This document shows positions 1 through 12,459 of a DNA stretch of 64,000 nucleotides, in pieces. Below the pieces are notes generated by a model. That model was not told where the DNA came from, searched no databases, and was given only the letters and a program-made list of their open reading frames with translations. Each line of letters opens with the position of its first letter. Within the stretch, counting starts at the first letter, position 1. Source of the DNA: Anthoceros angustus (taxonomy: Eukaryota; Plantae; Anthocerotophyta); contig MU008173.1 in assembly GCA_010909165.1 (NCBI GenBank), positions 930,001 to 994,000 of the forward strand, in the 5' to 3' direction. Position numbers and translations under genes: made by a program.

Positions 1-640
1 CGTCTTTGTATTTCTTCTGACTTGTTTGTTGGCAACTGCCTGGTGGATATGTATGCAAACGCTGGGGAACTCAAAGATGCAATCCAGTTTAACGTTTTTG
101 ACAGCACGACCACCAAGGATGTGGTGACATGGAATGCCCTGATTGCTGGGTGTGCAAACTGTCGTGAAGTGAAGGATGCACGCCAGGGTTTTGACAGCAT
201 GCCCACAAAGGATGTGGTGACATGGAATACCCTGACTGCTGGGTATGCAAAATGTGGTGAACCGAAGATGCATGCAAGGTTTTTGACAGCATGGCTACAA
301 TGGATGCGGGGAAATGGAATGCCCTGACAGCTGGGTATGCCGATCAAGGGCTCGGACATGAGGCACCTGTTCTGTATAGACAATTGCCGGAGCAGGAGGG
401 GCAGATTTTGTCTAACCATGTCACTTTTGTTTTTTCCGCACCACCTCACCCATCCTTCTCCTCTCTTGATTCTGCTCCTCACAGTTGCTTCCTACTAACT
501 ATTGTCAAGATCCGGCCTTTGCCTCCGCTCGCTTGGACCCCTACTCACCTACAAAAGGCCAAGCGGTTGCTGGCACAGCTTGTGAAAAGGGACACACCAA
601 AAATATGCTGGTTGGCACTTGCCTGGTCGACATAAATAGG
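1..640 (+). pseudogene. Degenerate PLS-class PPR fragment (S-SS-SS-P motifs)
   Basis: ORF 22..327 FVGNCLVDMYA...KDVVTWNALIAG...KDVVTWNTLTAGYAKCGE, frameshift into WNALTAGYADQGLGHEA; homologous to 30670-31190; deletions, no E/DYW. Confidence 0.85.
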
Positions 641-1315
641 AGAAGGAAATTGTTGTCACCAACAGCACCAGCAGCAGCTTTGGACTCGACTCTGAGTAGG
701 GTTGCAGCAGTGACCTGAAGGAGTTCACTGCAAAGCAAGCTCGCCTTTCTTTCTTCCTTCGTGTGTCCGTTACGCAGCCAAAAGTTTAGTTCGCGAAGGC
801 TCAAACTGCAACCTACACCATTTCCTTCCGGTTTCTGCGAAGGACCAGCTGTGTCACTGCCAGTCCACAGTAGGGAGCGGAAAATCGGAGAAGGCGCGCG
901 TGCAAATTGCAAGAACGCAGTTAGAGGCATCACCGGATTCCTACTGGTCATTCTCACTCACCAGGATCGGGAACTGCCGGTTCACTCTCTTCAACTTCGA
1001 CAAACCCGTTCCACGCGTTCAGGACTGGAGTTCCTAGTCGAATGCCATGGATCTAGAGGAAGGCCCGGGCCGGCAGACGCTGTGTCACGACTACGTAGCA
1101 GCAGTGGCTACAAATACTGAAGCCACACAAGCTTATGTCATCCGCTCCCTCCCCTTCAGCATCACTCATCTATGGACATAGATATTCCACCTGGAGGCTG
1201 GAGCGCACAAGCTTAGATCTTGAGCTGCTTCGAAGAGATCGAATCGAATCTACGCCTCTGTTCCAAGTCGACCAAGAGTGATCAAAGCCGCCTGCAATTA
1301 AGGAAAGCTGGTGCA

Positions 1316-1498
1316 ATGGCGCGCCTGCAGCTGCGGCTGGTTCGGGCAATACTTCCCAGATCCCGGGCTTTCAGCAGTCTGACAAGGCTCTGTTTGCCGC
1401 CATGCCCACGTCCATCAATACCCACATTCTGCAGCACAAACTTTCGGTACCGATGCCAAAACGTGCTGGCACTCCAGGCTAGGGCTAAGGCTACTTAG
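1316..1498 (+). pseudogene. Germin-like gene remnant with the core deleted
   Basis: Starts MARLQLRLVRAIL like the germins at 5997/34157, then jumps to sequence matching their 3' end (cccacattctgcagca...actttcggtaccgatgcc); upstream 650-1315 is homologous to 33450-34156. Confidence 0.75.
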
Positions 1499-1780
1499 AT
1501 TATATTCATGGTCATTCAAAGGGATCGATTATCTCATCTCTTTGGATGCAACACCTAAATTAGTATCGATGTTTGTCATAGCCGCAAACTAGGCATGCTT
1601 TCCGAGAAAGGTTCACAGGTGCGTGGTCTATATATGGCCGACCCTAGTTACAGTTTGCCACAGAAAAGCAAAGGCGCAGGCCCTTCACAGACACCCTAGC
1701 CTGGCTATTCAGTTCTCCCTTTCGTGCTTTCTTTCCTCCGCTAGCGCTCTTGAGCTTGCTGCCGGCATCGTCTAGACAAC

Positions 1781-2321
1781 ATGGGTCACGCAGCGGTGTG
1801 GAACTCTCACCCGAAGAAGTTCGGGCCCGGCGCCCGCACCTGGTATGCCATCCGCCGCTGAGCGCTTCGCCGCCGCATTGTCGGCTGCAGCTCGAGGCTT
1901 GTGTTTCTGGGCTCCATGGATTGTATCGTTTAGGTCTAGAGCGATTGCGTCCGGGCTTGTTTGGGGCCGCCGGTCGGCGTGGTTCAGGTCTGACTGATAA
2001 GATAAATCAACTGGTGCTTTTTTGTGTGTCGTGCAGCCGGGTCTGTGGCAACGGACATGGCATGATCAGGAAGTATGGTATCATGGCGTGCCGCCAGTGT
2101 TTCCGAATCTACGCCAAGGACATTGGCTTCGTCAAGGTGAGTGACTCTCTGTGTGCTTGTTTTCGCGGCTACTTTACGGTCACTCAACTTCGTTCAGCAT
2201 AGTGGCTGGTTTTTCGTCTGGACTTTTCCCTGTCGTGGGGAAGCCTGTGTTTAGGGTTCACCCAATTGGTTCTGCTGGTTTTCACGTTTTGCTGTGGCCT
2301 GTGCTTGTGCAGTACCGTTAA
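1781..2321 (+). CDS. RPS29: 40S ribosomal protein S29 (uS14), 3 exons: 1781-1842, 2037-2136, 2313-2321; 56 aa
   Basis: Spliced translation [56 protein letters not shown]; GT-AG introns; CxxC...CxxC zinc site. Confidence 0.97.
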
Positions 2322-3370
2322 GGTCGTCCAGAAGCCCCCTTGCTGTAAGGGGGAACCAATGGCCGATGGTTAGAAGGAGAGGAATATATCCATACATATC
2401 CATAATGGATTGTAAAGGTTTAGGATTCAGGGTCGTCGAGGTCGCCGGATCATAGTGGTGCTTCAATCGAAGCTGAAAGAATCGGTCAAATGTTTCTGGT
2501 ACAAGGAATTTTTTTGCAGCATAGGTCTTGAACAGGAAAAGAACTGAGAGATACGCCATGTCCGTGAATACAGTCAGATAAAAGTGCAGATTTTGCCAAG
2601 AGATCGTCGCAGTCTGTTTCCCTTGCACTGTATAGCAAGAGGAGAGTGAAAGGTGCTGATGGATTAAATGCCTGTATCCAATTCGCAAGATCGTTGGGTT
2701 CTCTGAACGCCTGCGACCAAGAGGTGTTCGATGCGCTTTCTTGCCGTCATCGGGGTAAACCTACCACTGTAAGTAGGCACGCTGACACGCAGGTGACTAG
2801 ACTTCGGCTTACCTTCCTTCGCAGTCCACTTGTTCCCGTCTTCTGGCCATGGATACTCAGAGCAGAACTGGAAGCTGGAACGAACTTGAGCATACGTGGA
2901 CCCGCTGTCGGGTCAATTTATCAGCTCTTTGATACTCTGACGGCTGCGTTTTGAATTGTCCTTTGGCTGTGTTTTTCAGCCATTGCAGGTTGTCTCTATT
3001 CCAACCAAGCCTATCCAAATTCCATTTTCACAAGAGGCCTTCCTCGCAAAGCAGCTAGGGCTTCACGCTTCCCCCAGGTCCCAGAGTGCCACACGACCCG
3101 AATTGCACGTACCTACCCACCTTCAAACAGCCCAGCTTCTCTCGTCAGGAAACGCCCGCAATTAGTCCCAATATGCCTCAATTCCAAAAATTTTTTGGCA
3201 TTCTGGGAGCATTTTGGACAAGATTGCTTCGAGTGTCCTTGGTTTGGCATACATGAAGGTATGTACGCTCGTTGATCATGAGGGGTCCTGAGGAAACAGA
3301 AGGCTTTGGCACCCAAGTTCCAACGCTTGGTGAGTGACGGCAGCCGTGACCTCACAGAGGAAGCCAGCGC

Positions 3371-3635
3371 AAAGCTGGTGTTAAAGCCACTGCGTGAGAA
3401 GAAAAAGGAAGATGTGCTCTGTGGGCATGCTGAGAAGCTAGCTCTGGCGTTTGGTCTTTTGAACACTCCGAGTGGGACACCTCTAGTGGTAACAAAGAAT
3501 CTGTGCATGTGCAGTGACTGCCACAGTTCTACAGAGATCATGTCAAGGCTGGAACAGCGAGACATCGTTGTAAGGGATGGCTACCGTGTGCATCGATTTG
3601 CAGCTGGTCGTTGCAGTTGTAAGGGTCGACCGTGA
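3371..3635 (+). pseudogene. Isolated C-terminal DYW:KP (GRP-type) fragment
   Basis: KLVLKPL...CGHAEKLALAFGLLNTPSGTPLVVTKNLCMCSDCH...HRFAAGRCSCKGRP*; fused directly to the upstream region shared by the PPR paralogues (3270-3370), i.e. the PPR array is deleted. Confidence 0.9.
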
Positions 3636-3659
3636 GAATCATGAAGAACTAGCCACTGC

Positions 3660-4724
3660 TATCTTTCTGGGTCAGGTATGCAGAATGACATGATTCTAGG
3701 TTTTGCTTCAAACATGTGAACCAGTTTTGCCTCCTGAACGCCTGTGCAAGCACTGGTGCCTTACAGAATGGCAGGCAGCTGCACTCACAGATTGTTGAAA
3801 CAGGACTGCTGGATACTTGGTGTTGGGCAACTGGCTGGCAGACATGTATGCAAAATGTGGTGAACTGGGAGCTGCACGCCAGGATGACCACAGAGAATGT
3901 GGTGACATGGAATGCCCTGATATCTGGGTATGGTACTTGTGACGATGGTCACAGAGCAATAGCTTGTTTTGAGGACATGTCAGTTGCCGGTATTCAGCCT
4001 AATGATGCAACTTTTACTTGCCTTTTAGTAGCATGCAGTCATGAGGGACTAGTTCACAACAGTCGTAAGCTCTTTGATTCCATGGCTGAACAGCATGGCA
4101 TCAAACCTACTGTTGAGCATTACACCTGCACGATTGATCTTCTTGGACTTGCAGGCCATTTGGCTGAGGCAGAGAAGATGCTATTGTCATGTGATGGGCA
4201 AAGTCATGTTGTGGCGTTGACGTCTTTGCTGAATGTCTGCAAAAGTCACGGGAACATAGAGAGGGATATGTGGTGTTTTGAAAGCATCGTTAGGCTGGAC
4301 CCCCAGGAGGCGCCTGCATATGTGCTCATGGCCAATGCCTATGCAGATGCAGATGCAGGTAGGTGGACCGATGTAGACAGGATTGAAACACAGAGAATGG
4401 TAGCAAGAGCTTTCAAGAAACCAGCCGTGGCGAGCATTGAGGTGAATAAACAGGTACATAGATTTCTGGTGGGAGAAAGGAGAGAGGATATTGCGCTTAA
4501 GGTAGAGAGCACGAATGCACGGATGAAGCAGGAAGGAGGCCACGTACCTGACACAAAGCTGGTGTTGAACCCACTGTGTGAGAAGGAAAAGGAAGATGTG
4601 CTTTGTGGGCATGCTGAGAAGCTAGCTCTGGCGTTTGCTTGAATAGAGAGACATCGTTGTAAGGGATGGGTACCGTGGGCATCGTTTGGCAGCTGGTTGT
4701 TGCAGTTGTAAGGGTCAACCGTGA
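3660..4724 (+). pseudogene. Truncated PPR-E1-E2-DYW:KP pseudogene
   Basis: ORF 3716..4642 L-S-P2-L2-S2-E1-E2 then KKPAVASIEV (KPAxA box) and CGHAEKLALAFA; CxxC segment deleted, frameshifts; ends ...KGQP*. Confidence 0.9.
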
Positions 4725-5000
4725 GAACGTGAGCTGGGTCACGGTGGCTGGTGATCTGACCTGCCATGGACGGGCATGTCAGGGATCTGGTGTCGAGGCG
4801 TGGAATTTGGGTCATATAAGGTGGAATGTGCTTGTCAGGTTGAGCTTGTAGCTGTGGTAGGGAGTTATGGGGTCATGACAGTGGGGGCCCCTGTTTCCTC
4901 CAGCTGTGACGCCTACCTAGCGCTGGGAACATCCCAGCTAGTTGTGCCACATGGTGCTGCAGGGCCACAGCAGAGGTGTTCCCCCTTCTCCTCTCCACCC

Positions 5001-5508
5001 ACGACGGTCGCAAACACTTTGATTCCATGGCTGAACAGCATAGCATCAAACCTACTATTGAGCATTACACCTGCATGATTGATCTTCTTGGGTGTGCAGG
5101 CCATTTAAATGAGGCAGGGGAGATGCTATTGTCCTGTGAGGGCCAAGGTGATGTTGTTGCAGATGCAGGTAGGTGGACGGATGTAGTCATGATTGAAACA
5201 CAGAGAAGGGTAGCAGGAGCTACCAAGAAAGCTGCAGTGACGACCATTGAGGTGAATAAGGATACCCATCGAGTTCTGGTGGTGTGTTGAAGCCACTGGG
5301 TGAGACGGAAAAAAGGAAGATGTTCTTTGTGGGCATGCTGAGAAGCTACCTCTGGCGTTGGGTCTTTTGAACACTCCGAGTGGGACACCTCTAGTGGGAC
5401 CTCTTGTGGATCATGTCAAGGCTGGAACAGAGAGACGTCGTTGTAAGGGATGGGTACCGAGTGCATCGATTTGCAGCTGGTTGTTACAGTTGTAACGGTC
5501 GACCGTGG
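5001..5508 (+). pseudogene. Fragmentary L2-S2-E-DYW:KP pseudogene
   Basis: DGRKHFDSMAEQHSIKPTIEHYTCMIDLLG...KKAAVTTIEVNK, CGHAEKL, multiple deletions, ends aacggtcgaccgtgg. Confidence 0.85.
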
Positions 5509-5996
5509 TCAGAATGACGATGAACTAGCCAGTGCGACCTCCCTGGGTCAGGCAGTCGGAATGACATGCTGCTATTTTCTCCTCTAAACATGTAAACCTG
5601 CATCGCCTCCTTTGTATTGTGATTGTAAAATTCTTCAAAAATTAGCCACGGTTGCATCACCGGGTGCGAACGAACTGCCACTACATTCACTTTAAGTCGG
5701 ACAAACCATTTCCACGCGTCCAGGACTCCAGTTCCAGGTCAAATTCCATCGCACCCAGATGAAAGCCCGGACTGGCCGACGCTCTGTCATGACCACGTAC
5801 TGGCTACTAATAGCAGGCTGTGGATACTGTGGAGCCAAACAAGCTTCATGTCATCCGTTTCTCCTTTGGCATTACTCAAGCATCTCTGGACATTCCACCA
5901 GGAGGCATGAACCCTGAGCTTGGAAGCGATCGAATTCACGACCAAGAGCTCGGGTCGACCGAGCGTGAAGAGAGTCCAACTAGACAAGCTGCGGCA

Positions 5997-6701
5997 ATGA
6001 CGCGCCTGCAGCTGCAGCTGGCTCGGACAATATTTGTCTCCTTCGCCGTGATGTGCGCTGTGGTGCGCACGGCATTTGCCGCAGACGAGGACCCCCTGCA
6101 GGACTTCTGCGTAGGTATCGTAACGGGCACCCGGGCCATCAACGGCCTCCCCTGCAAGACGGCGGGCGCCACCGTGGCAGCCGACTTCAAGTCGTCCGTG
6201 CTGGCCACGCCAGGCAACACGGCCAACAAGAACAAGGCGACTGTGACTCCGGCGTCCGTGCTGCAGTTCCCGGGCCTCAACACTCTGGGAATATCCGCGG
6301 CGCGCATCGACCTTGCCGTGGGAGGCCTCACTCCCCCGCACGCTCACCCGCGCGCCTCAGAGCTGGTTTTCGTGCTGTCGGGCAAGCTGCAAGTCGGATT
6401 CGTGTCTTCCAACGGCAACAAGCTGTTCCAGCAGACTTTGAAAGCAGGCGACGTGTTCGTGTTTCCGCGCGGCCTCCTGCATTTCCAGAGGAACATTGGG
6501 ACCGTGCCCGCCGTGGTGTTCGCTGCGCTCAACAGCCAGAACCCGGGCGTGCAGCAGGCTGCCCTGGCCCTGTTTGCCGCCACCCCCATGCCCATCGCCA
6601 CCCACGTTCTCCAGCAGACTTTCGGTACCGATGCCCGAACTGTGAAGGAATTCGAGGCTGCGGCTACGGCTGGTACTACTGTAATAAGCGGGCCTTATTA
6701 G
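5997..6701 (+). CDS. Germin-like protein (cupin), intronless, 234 aa
   Basis: Signal-peptide-like hydrophobic stretch, DEDPLQDFCV, germin box 1 GLTPPHAHPRASELVFVLSG and box 2 GDVFVFPRGLLHFQRNIG with H/H/E/H metal ligands; ATG 5997 chosen because it is shared by all three germin copies. Confidence 0.95.
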   Translation: MTRLQLQLARTIFVSFAVMCAVVRTAFAADEDPLQDFCVGIVTGTRAINGLPCKTAGATVAADFKSSVLATPGNTANKNKATVTPASVLQFPGLNTLGISAARIDLAVGGLTPPHAHPRASELVFVLSGKLQVGFVSSNGNKLFQQTLKAGDVFVFPRGLLHFQRNIGTVPAVVFAALNSQNPGVQQAALALFAATPMPIATHVLQQTFGTDARTVKEFEAAATAGTTVISGPY

Positions 6702-6899
6702 ATGCTAGCTAGTTGATGGTATGCTGTGACGATGTAGGAGAGAGCAGCGGATACCACCAAACGTGAATTTCCTACTGCTTTCACATTGTTTGATGAAATC
6801 TTTTTCCTTATGTTGAAATTTTATATTTAATTGTTACTTACAAACTTGTATGTCCCGGCAATCTTCGTATGTCCTGGCACTCTAAATACTCGAGTATTC

Positions 6900-7055
6900 G
6901 ATTTTAGAGAAACTCAGATTCGTTTGCGGGAGCGCCGAGGTAAGTAGGCCCTTCCACGTCTTGGGGGCGGTAGGCAGCTTTGGGGTAGACAATCGCGGGG
7001 CTAGTCCCCCTCGGCCTGGGCCATTTAGGGGGTTGTTCCCCACCACCACGGTGTG
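6900..7055 (+). mobile_element. Short 3'-end fragment of the CRE-like LINE family
   Basis: ggtaagtaggcccttcc (6939-6955) is the exact reverse complement of ggaagggcctacttacc (~61344-61360) in the LINE tail; flanks also similar. Confidence 0.5.
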
Positions 7056-7286
7056 GATGGTACTTTTCATCTCTGCAAATTTTGTGGAGTCTCCACATTT
7101 CACCACTTGTTCGAGCTCGTCAGAGAAAACGTAGCCAGGTTTGGCGACCAAGTTCCAAGATGTTTGCCTGTGGCGAGTGACAAAATCCGTGATCCTCTTC
7201 GCACACAAGGCCAGCGCTATGCGGCCCACCGGCTACGAATTTGGCGCTCGTCTCGGCAGTAGGTCGAGCTCATTTGCTGCCTGGCC

Positions 7287-9383
7287 ATGGCTTCGGCAGC
7301 GCGACGCCTGTGCTCCATGCTACGCCTTTCACCTGCTGCCTGCCCATCCCCTGCCTCTGCTGCCGTCCGGATCAGGCTGTGTTCACCAGGATGTCGCACC
7401 TGCAGCTGCCTCCCCCTTGCTCCGCCGGCCTATGGCTGCCTGCAAAATTTCACTTCCGAGAGAATCTTTGGGTGGACGGGTTTTCCAGCGATGGCTGTCG
7501 CCAGGAGCAGGAGCACTTGTGGCACTAATTTTTTCTGGACCCTACCATGTGGTGGGACAACAGACGAGATAAGAAGAGCTCCCGTTCGCCTGACTTCTGG
7601 CGTAAGAGGTCCGGTGAGATGCTGTGGTCGAACAACATGTTTCAGCCAGATTGGGTTGATGAGCAGCTCGTTTCCTTGGATATGCAGATGAGTCATGGTG
7701 CCTCTCATGCCGAGTGGAACTCTCCGGATAAGCCTGAACATGGCAGGCGTGCAGGGTCGGAAATGGGCATCGTAACGGCGGTAACCGTGAGCACGTTATG
7801 TCAGCAGGGGAAGCTTTCGGAGGCTGTTCAAGTGCTGGAATCTCTGGCGTAGACAGACTCTGCTATTTCCCAGTCTCTGTTTTACACTGTGCTGAAATTC
7901 TGTGCAGCTAAGAAGGATCTGGTTGTGGGGCGACGAGTTCATTATCTCACAGCCAAACTTGGGTACGAGTCGGATGCATACTTGGGAAACCATATCTTGC
8001 GCATGTATGCATGTGGAGGTAGGCTGCGGGAGGCCATGGATGTGTTCACCAGGGTGGGCAAACCAAATGTGTTCATGTGGTTTTCCATAATCTCGGCACA
8101 TGCTAAACACGGGAAACCTCAAGAGGCCATACAACTGTACCATGAGATGCATAGGTCAGGAGTGAAGGCAAATGGTCACGTCTTTGTAGCTGCGTTTCAG
8201 GCTTGCTCGTTTGTCGCTGACTTGGAGCCTGGCAGAAAAGTGCACTGTGATTTGTTGCGCAGTGGCACTCCTACTGACTTGTTTGTTGGCAACTCCCTGG
8301 TGGACATGTATGCAAAATGTGGAGAACTGAGAGATGCACGCCAGGTTTTCGAAAGCGTGGCCAGAAAGGATGTGGTGACATGGACGTCTCTGATGGCTGG
8401 GTATGCACAGCAAGGCCTTGGGCAAGAGGCGCTTGTTCTGTATGAACGAATGGAGCAGGAGGGCCTGGTTTTGCCTAACCATGTCACTTTTGCTTGCCTT
8501 TTGAACGCGTGCGCAAGCGTTGCTGCCATACAGAAGGGCAGGCAGCTGCACTCACAGATTGTTGAAAGAAAACTGCTGGATGACCTAGTGTTGGGCAACT
8601 GCCTGGTGGACATGTATGCAAAATGTGGTGAACAGGAAACTGCACGCCAGGTTTTTGACAGAATGACAACGAAGAATGTGGTGACATGGAATGCCCTGAT
8701 ATCTGGGTATGGTACTTGTGATGATGGTCACAGAGCACTAGCCTGTTTTCAGGAGATGTTAGTTGCTGGTATTCAGCCTGATGGTGCTCCCTTTGCTTGC
8801 TTTTTAGTAGCATGCAGTCATGAGGGACTAGTTCACGATGGTCGTAAGCTCTTTGATTCCATGGCTGAACAGCATGGCATCAAACCTACTATTGAGCATT
8901 ACACCTGCATGATTGATCTTCTTGGACGTGCGGGCCATTTGGATGAGGCAGAGAAGATGCTATTGTCATGTGATGGCCAAAGTGATGTTGTGGCGTTGAC
9001 GACTTTGCTCTGAATGTCTGCAAATGTCACGGGAATATAGAGAGGGCGATGTGGTGTTTTGAAAGCATCGTCAGGCTGGACCCCCAGGAGGCGCCTGAAT
9101 ATGTTCTCATGGCCAATGCCTATGCAGATGCAGGTAGGTGGACCGATGTAGACAGGATTGAAAGACAGAGAAGGGTAGCAGGAGCCAAGAAGAAAGCTCC
9201 AGTGGCGACCATTGAGGTGAATAAGGAGGTTCATAGATTTCTGGTGGGAGAAAGGAGAGAGGATATTGCGCTTAAGGTAGAGAGCACGAATGCACGGATG
9301 AAGCAGGAAGGAGGCCACGTACCTGACACAACGCTGGTGTTGAAGCCACTGTGTGAGGAGGCAAAGGAAGATTTGCTTTGCGG
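7287..9383 (+). pseudogene. PDF-motif / PLS-PPR / E / DYW:KP pseudogene
   Basis: MASAARRLCS start as at 29510; deletion/frameshift in the N-terminus; WWDNRRDKKSSRSPDFWRKRSGEMLW; in-frame TAG 7850-7852; 2-nt insertion near 9010; truncated just before HAEKLA by unrelated sequence at ~9383. Confidence 0.92.
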
Positions 9384-10139
9384 AATATTTTTCCTTCGCC
9401 GTTTTGGTGACTTGTCATTTTGAAACACCTTTGCCATTTTGATCAACAGCATATCACGTATAGCAACATAATTCAACTCCATGTTGCAAAATTAGTTATA
9501 AAGTGTCGCCTCAACTTGTAGACAAACACCTTTCTTCTCTTGCATTTTTGTTCTAGATTGTCTCATTAAAAGCATTGTCGTTCTTCTTCAAGACATTGTT
9601 TTTTGACTAATAAAGACTCGAAATTTGTGAGTAGAGCCCATCTTACTACATCAGCTTAAGACAAGCTAGCATTAGCCTCATTACATAAAGGTACAGGCCA
9701 ACTAGGTTAAGAGCGTGTTCTCTCACGAGCATTTAGCAGGCTTTTAGTAGCAAGTATGGGAGTTGTCGTTTCAGCAGGAAACTGCGTACACGCCATAAAA
9801 GACATTGTTCGAATTCTACACTGTAAGCATCACCAGGAAACTGCGTATAGGCCATAAAAGACATTGTTCAAATTCTACACTGTAAGCATCACCACAGTGA
9901 AAACATTGCCGAGTTTTACTTATTCCAACTAAATGAAAACATTGTCATGTGATGGCCAAAGTGATGTTGTGGCGTTGTTGGGCGTGCAGGCCATTTAGAT
10001 TTGGAATGCAAGGGTATTGTGAGAAGGTTAAAGTTATGACTCCGAGAGCGATGTGTGATGAATTTGCGTGTTGTTTTTGTGGGGAGAGTGTCGCGCATGA
10101 TGCGCGAACTACTCCATCCTATCATTATGCTATGATCTA

Positions 10140-11900
10140 GATGACGCTTGGGCTTAGTGTGCTAGCGATATTGGTAGTGCTAGGCTTAGTGTGCTAGCGT
10201 TGTTGGGCGTGCTAGGCTTAGTGTGCTAGGCGATATTGGGCCGTGCTAGGCTTAGTGTGCTAGGCGTTGTTGGGCGTGCTAGGCGATGCTAGCCTCGCCG
10301 AGCATCGCCAAGATCGCCGAGCCTCACCGAGCCTCGCCTAACATCGCCAAAGATCGCTCAAAGATCGCCAAAGATCGCAAAGATCGCAAAGATCGCCAAA
10401 GATCGCCAAAGATCGCCAAAGACGCCAAAGATCGCCAAGATCGCCATAAGACTAAGCCCAAGATCGCCGAGCATCGCCAAGACTAAGCCCAAAGATCGCC
10501 AACAAGACTAAGCCCAAAGATCGCCAACAAGACTAAGCCCAAAGATCGCCAACAAGACTAAGCCCAAAGATCGCCAACAAGACTAAGCCCAAGATCGCCG
10601 AGCATCGCCAACAAGACTAAGCCCAAGATCGCCAAGATCGCTCAAAGATCGCCAAGATCGCCTAACATCGCCAAGATCGCCAAGATCGCTCAAAGATCGC
10701 CAAGATCGCCGAGCATCGCCAAAGATCGCCGAGCATCGCCAAAGACACTAAGCCCAAGATCGCTCAAAGATCGCCGAGCCTCGCCGAGCATCGCCAAGAT
10801 CGCCGAGCCTCACCGAGCCTCGCCTAACATCGCCAAAGATCGCCAAAGATCGCTCAAAGATCGCCTCAAAGATCGCCAAAGATCGCCAAGATCGCCTCAA
10901 AGATCGCCAAGATCGCCAAGATCGCCACAAGACTAAGCCCAAGATCGCCAACAAGACTAAGCCCAAAGATCGCCAACAAGACTAAGCCCAAAGATCGCCA
11001 CAAGACTAAGCCCAAAGATCAAGACTAAGCCCAGATCGCCAAAGACACTAAGCCCAAGACGGCCCAAAGATCGCCAACACTAAGCCCAAGATCGCCCAGA
11101 TCGCCAAAGACACTAAGCCCAAGATCGCCAAGATCGCCAACAAGACTAAGCCCAAGTCATAGGAGAGGATAGCAATAACAAGGAGAAGAAGCCCAAGATC
11201 GCCTCAACTTGTAGACAAACACACCTCCCACGAAAACAACACGCAAATTCTTCACACATCGCTCCTGGTCATAGCTTTGGCCTCCTCACAACATCCGTTA
11301 TCATATCTGAGCACAGCTATGATCAGAAGCTTGTCCTCCGGTATATATACCAGCTGGCATCCAAGATCGCCAAGATCGCTCAAAGATCGCCAAAGATCAA
11401 CATACGGAAATATCTTATAATATGCCGGCTGTATATGACCTTTCTGTGAGGACAGCAGATCATAGCTTGTCCTCTGTGAAGTCTATACATACTAGCCCTT
11501 GGCATCCAGATATTCCTAAGATATCCTATCGCATCAACATACGAAATATCTTAGATTTGGAATGCAAGGGTATTGTGAGAAGGTTAAAGTTATGACTCAA
11601 GGCGATGCTAGCCTCGCCGAGCATCGCCAAAGATCGCCGAGCATCGCCAAAGATCGCCAAGACTAAGCCCAAGTCCAAGGAGGCCAAAGCCATGACCAGA
11701 GCGATGTGATGAATTTGCGTGTTGTCGTGGGGAGAGTGTTAGCGATGCTAGCCTCGCCTAAGCCCAAGTTCAAGGAGAAGCCCAAGATCGCTCAAAGATC
11801 GCCAAGATCGCCAAAGATCGCCAAGATCGCTTGCTAGGCGATGCTAGCTTAGTATGCTAGGCGATGCTAGGCAACGCTAGGCAATGTTAGGCGATGCTAG
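10140..11900. repeat. Low-complexity mosaic satellite (aagatcgcc / gactaagccc / ctaggc units)
   Basis: Dozens of 9-10 bp aagatcgcc(a) units, a ~24-bp caagactaagcccaaagatcgcca unit, and reverse-oriented gtgctaggcttagt units. Confidence 0.9.
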
Positions 11901-12199
11901 CTCTTTAAGCAAGTAGGCAAGGGACCCTCTAAAGTGTGCCCAAGGCCAAAGGAGAGGCCCAAGTGCAAGGCTTGAGGCCTAGAGAGGAGACCTAGGCCAA
12001 AGAAATGTTAGGCGATGCTAGCTCTTTAAGCAAGTAGGCAAGAGACCCTCTAAAGTGTGCCTAAGGCTTGAGGCCAAGGGAGGGGCCCAAGGCCAAAGGA
12101 GAGGCCCAAGTGCCAAGGCTTGAGGCCTAGAGAGGAGACCTAGGCCAAAGAAGAGACCTAAGTCCCAAGGCATGAGGCCAAGAGAAGGGGATCCAAGGC

Positions 12200-12430
12200 A
12201 CAAGAAGAAGCCCAAGTCATAGGAGAGGAGGAAAAGAAAAGCCCAAGTCCAAGGAGAGGAGGAGAAGAAGCCCAATTCCAAGGAGAGGAGGAGAAGAAGC
12301 CCGATTCCAAGGAGAGGCGAAGAAGAAAAGCCCAAGTCCAAGGAGAGGAGGAGAAGAAGCCCAATTCCAAGGAGAAGAAGCCCAATTGTAAGGAGAGGAG
12401 GAGAAGAAGCCCAAGTTCAAGGAGAGGAAT
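12200..12430. repeat. Purine-rich ~30-bp tandem repeat
   Basis: About 7 copies of aagcccaa(t/g)tccaaggagaggaggagaag. Confidence 0.85.
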
Positions 12431-12459
12431 GAGGCCTCCTCAAGGGGGTTTGGCCTTTT

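Noticed and set aside
2650-2712. Possible C/D snoRNA after RPS29
   Set aside because: C box is tgatgg rather than TGATGA, the span is short and no guide was recognised.
5820-5996. N-terminal extensions of germin ORFs (also 34049-34156)
   Set aside because: Not conserved between paralogues; the signal peptide follows the shared ATG.
7850-7852. TAG where paralogues have CAG (23480, 30242): a U-to-C editor whose own stop could be repaired by U-to-C editing
   Set aside because: Nuclear transcript, and the copy also has frameshifts and lacks the catalytic half of DYW; a plain C-to-T transition suffices.
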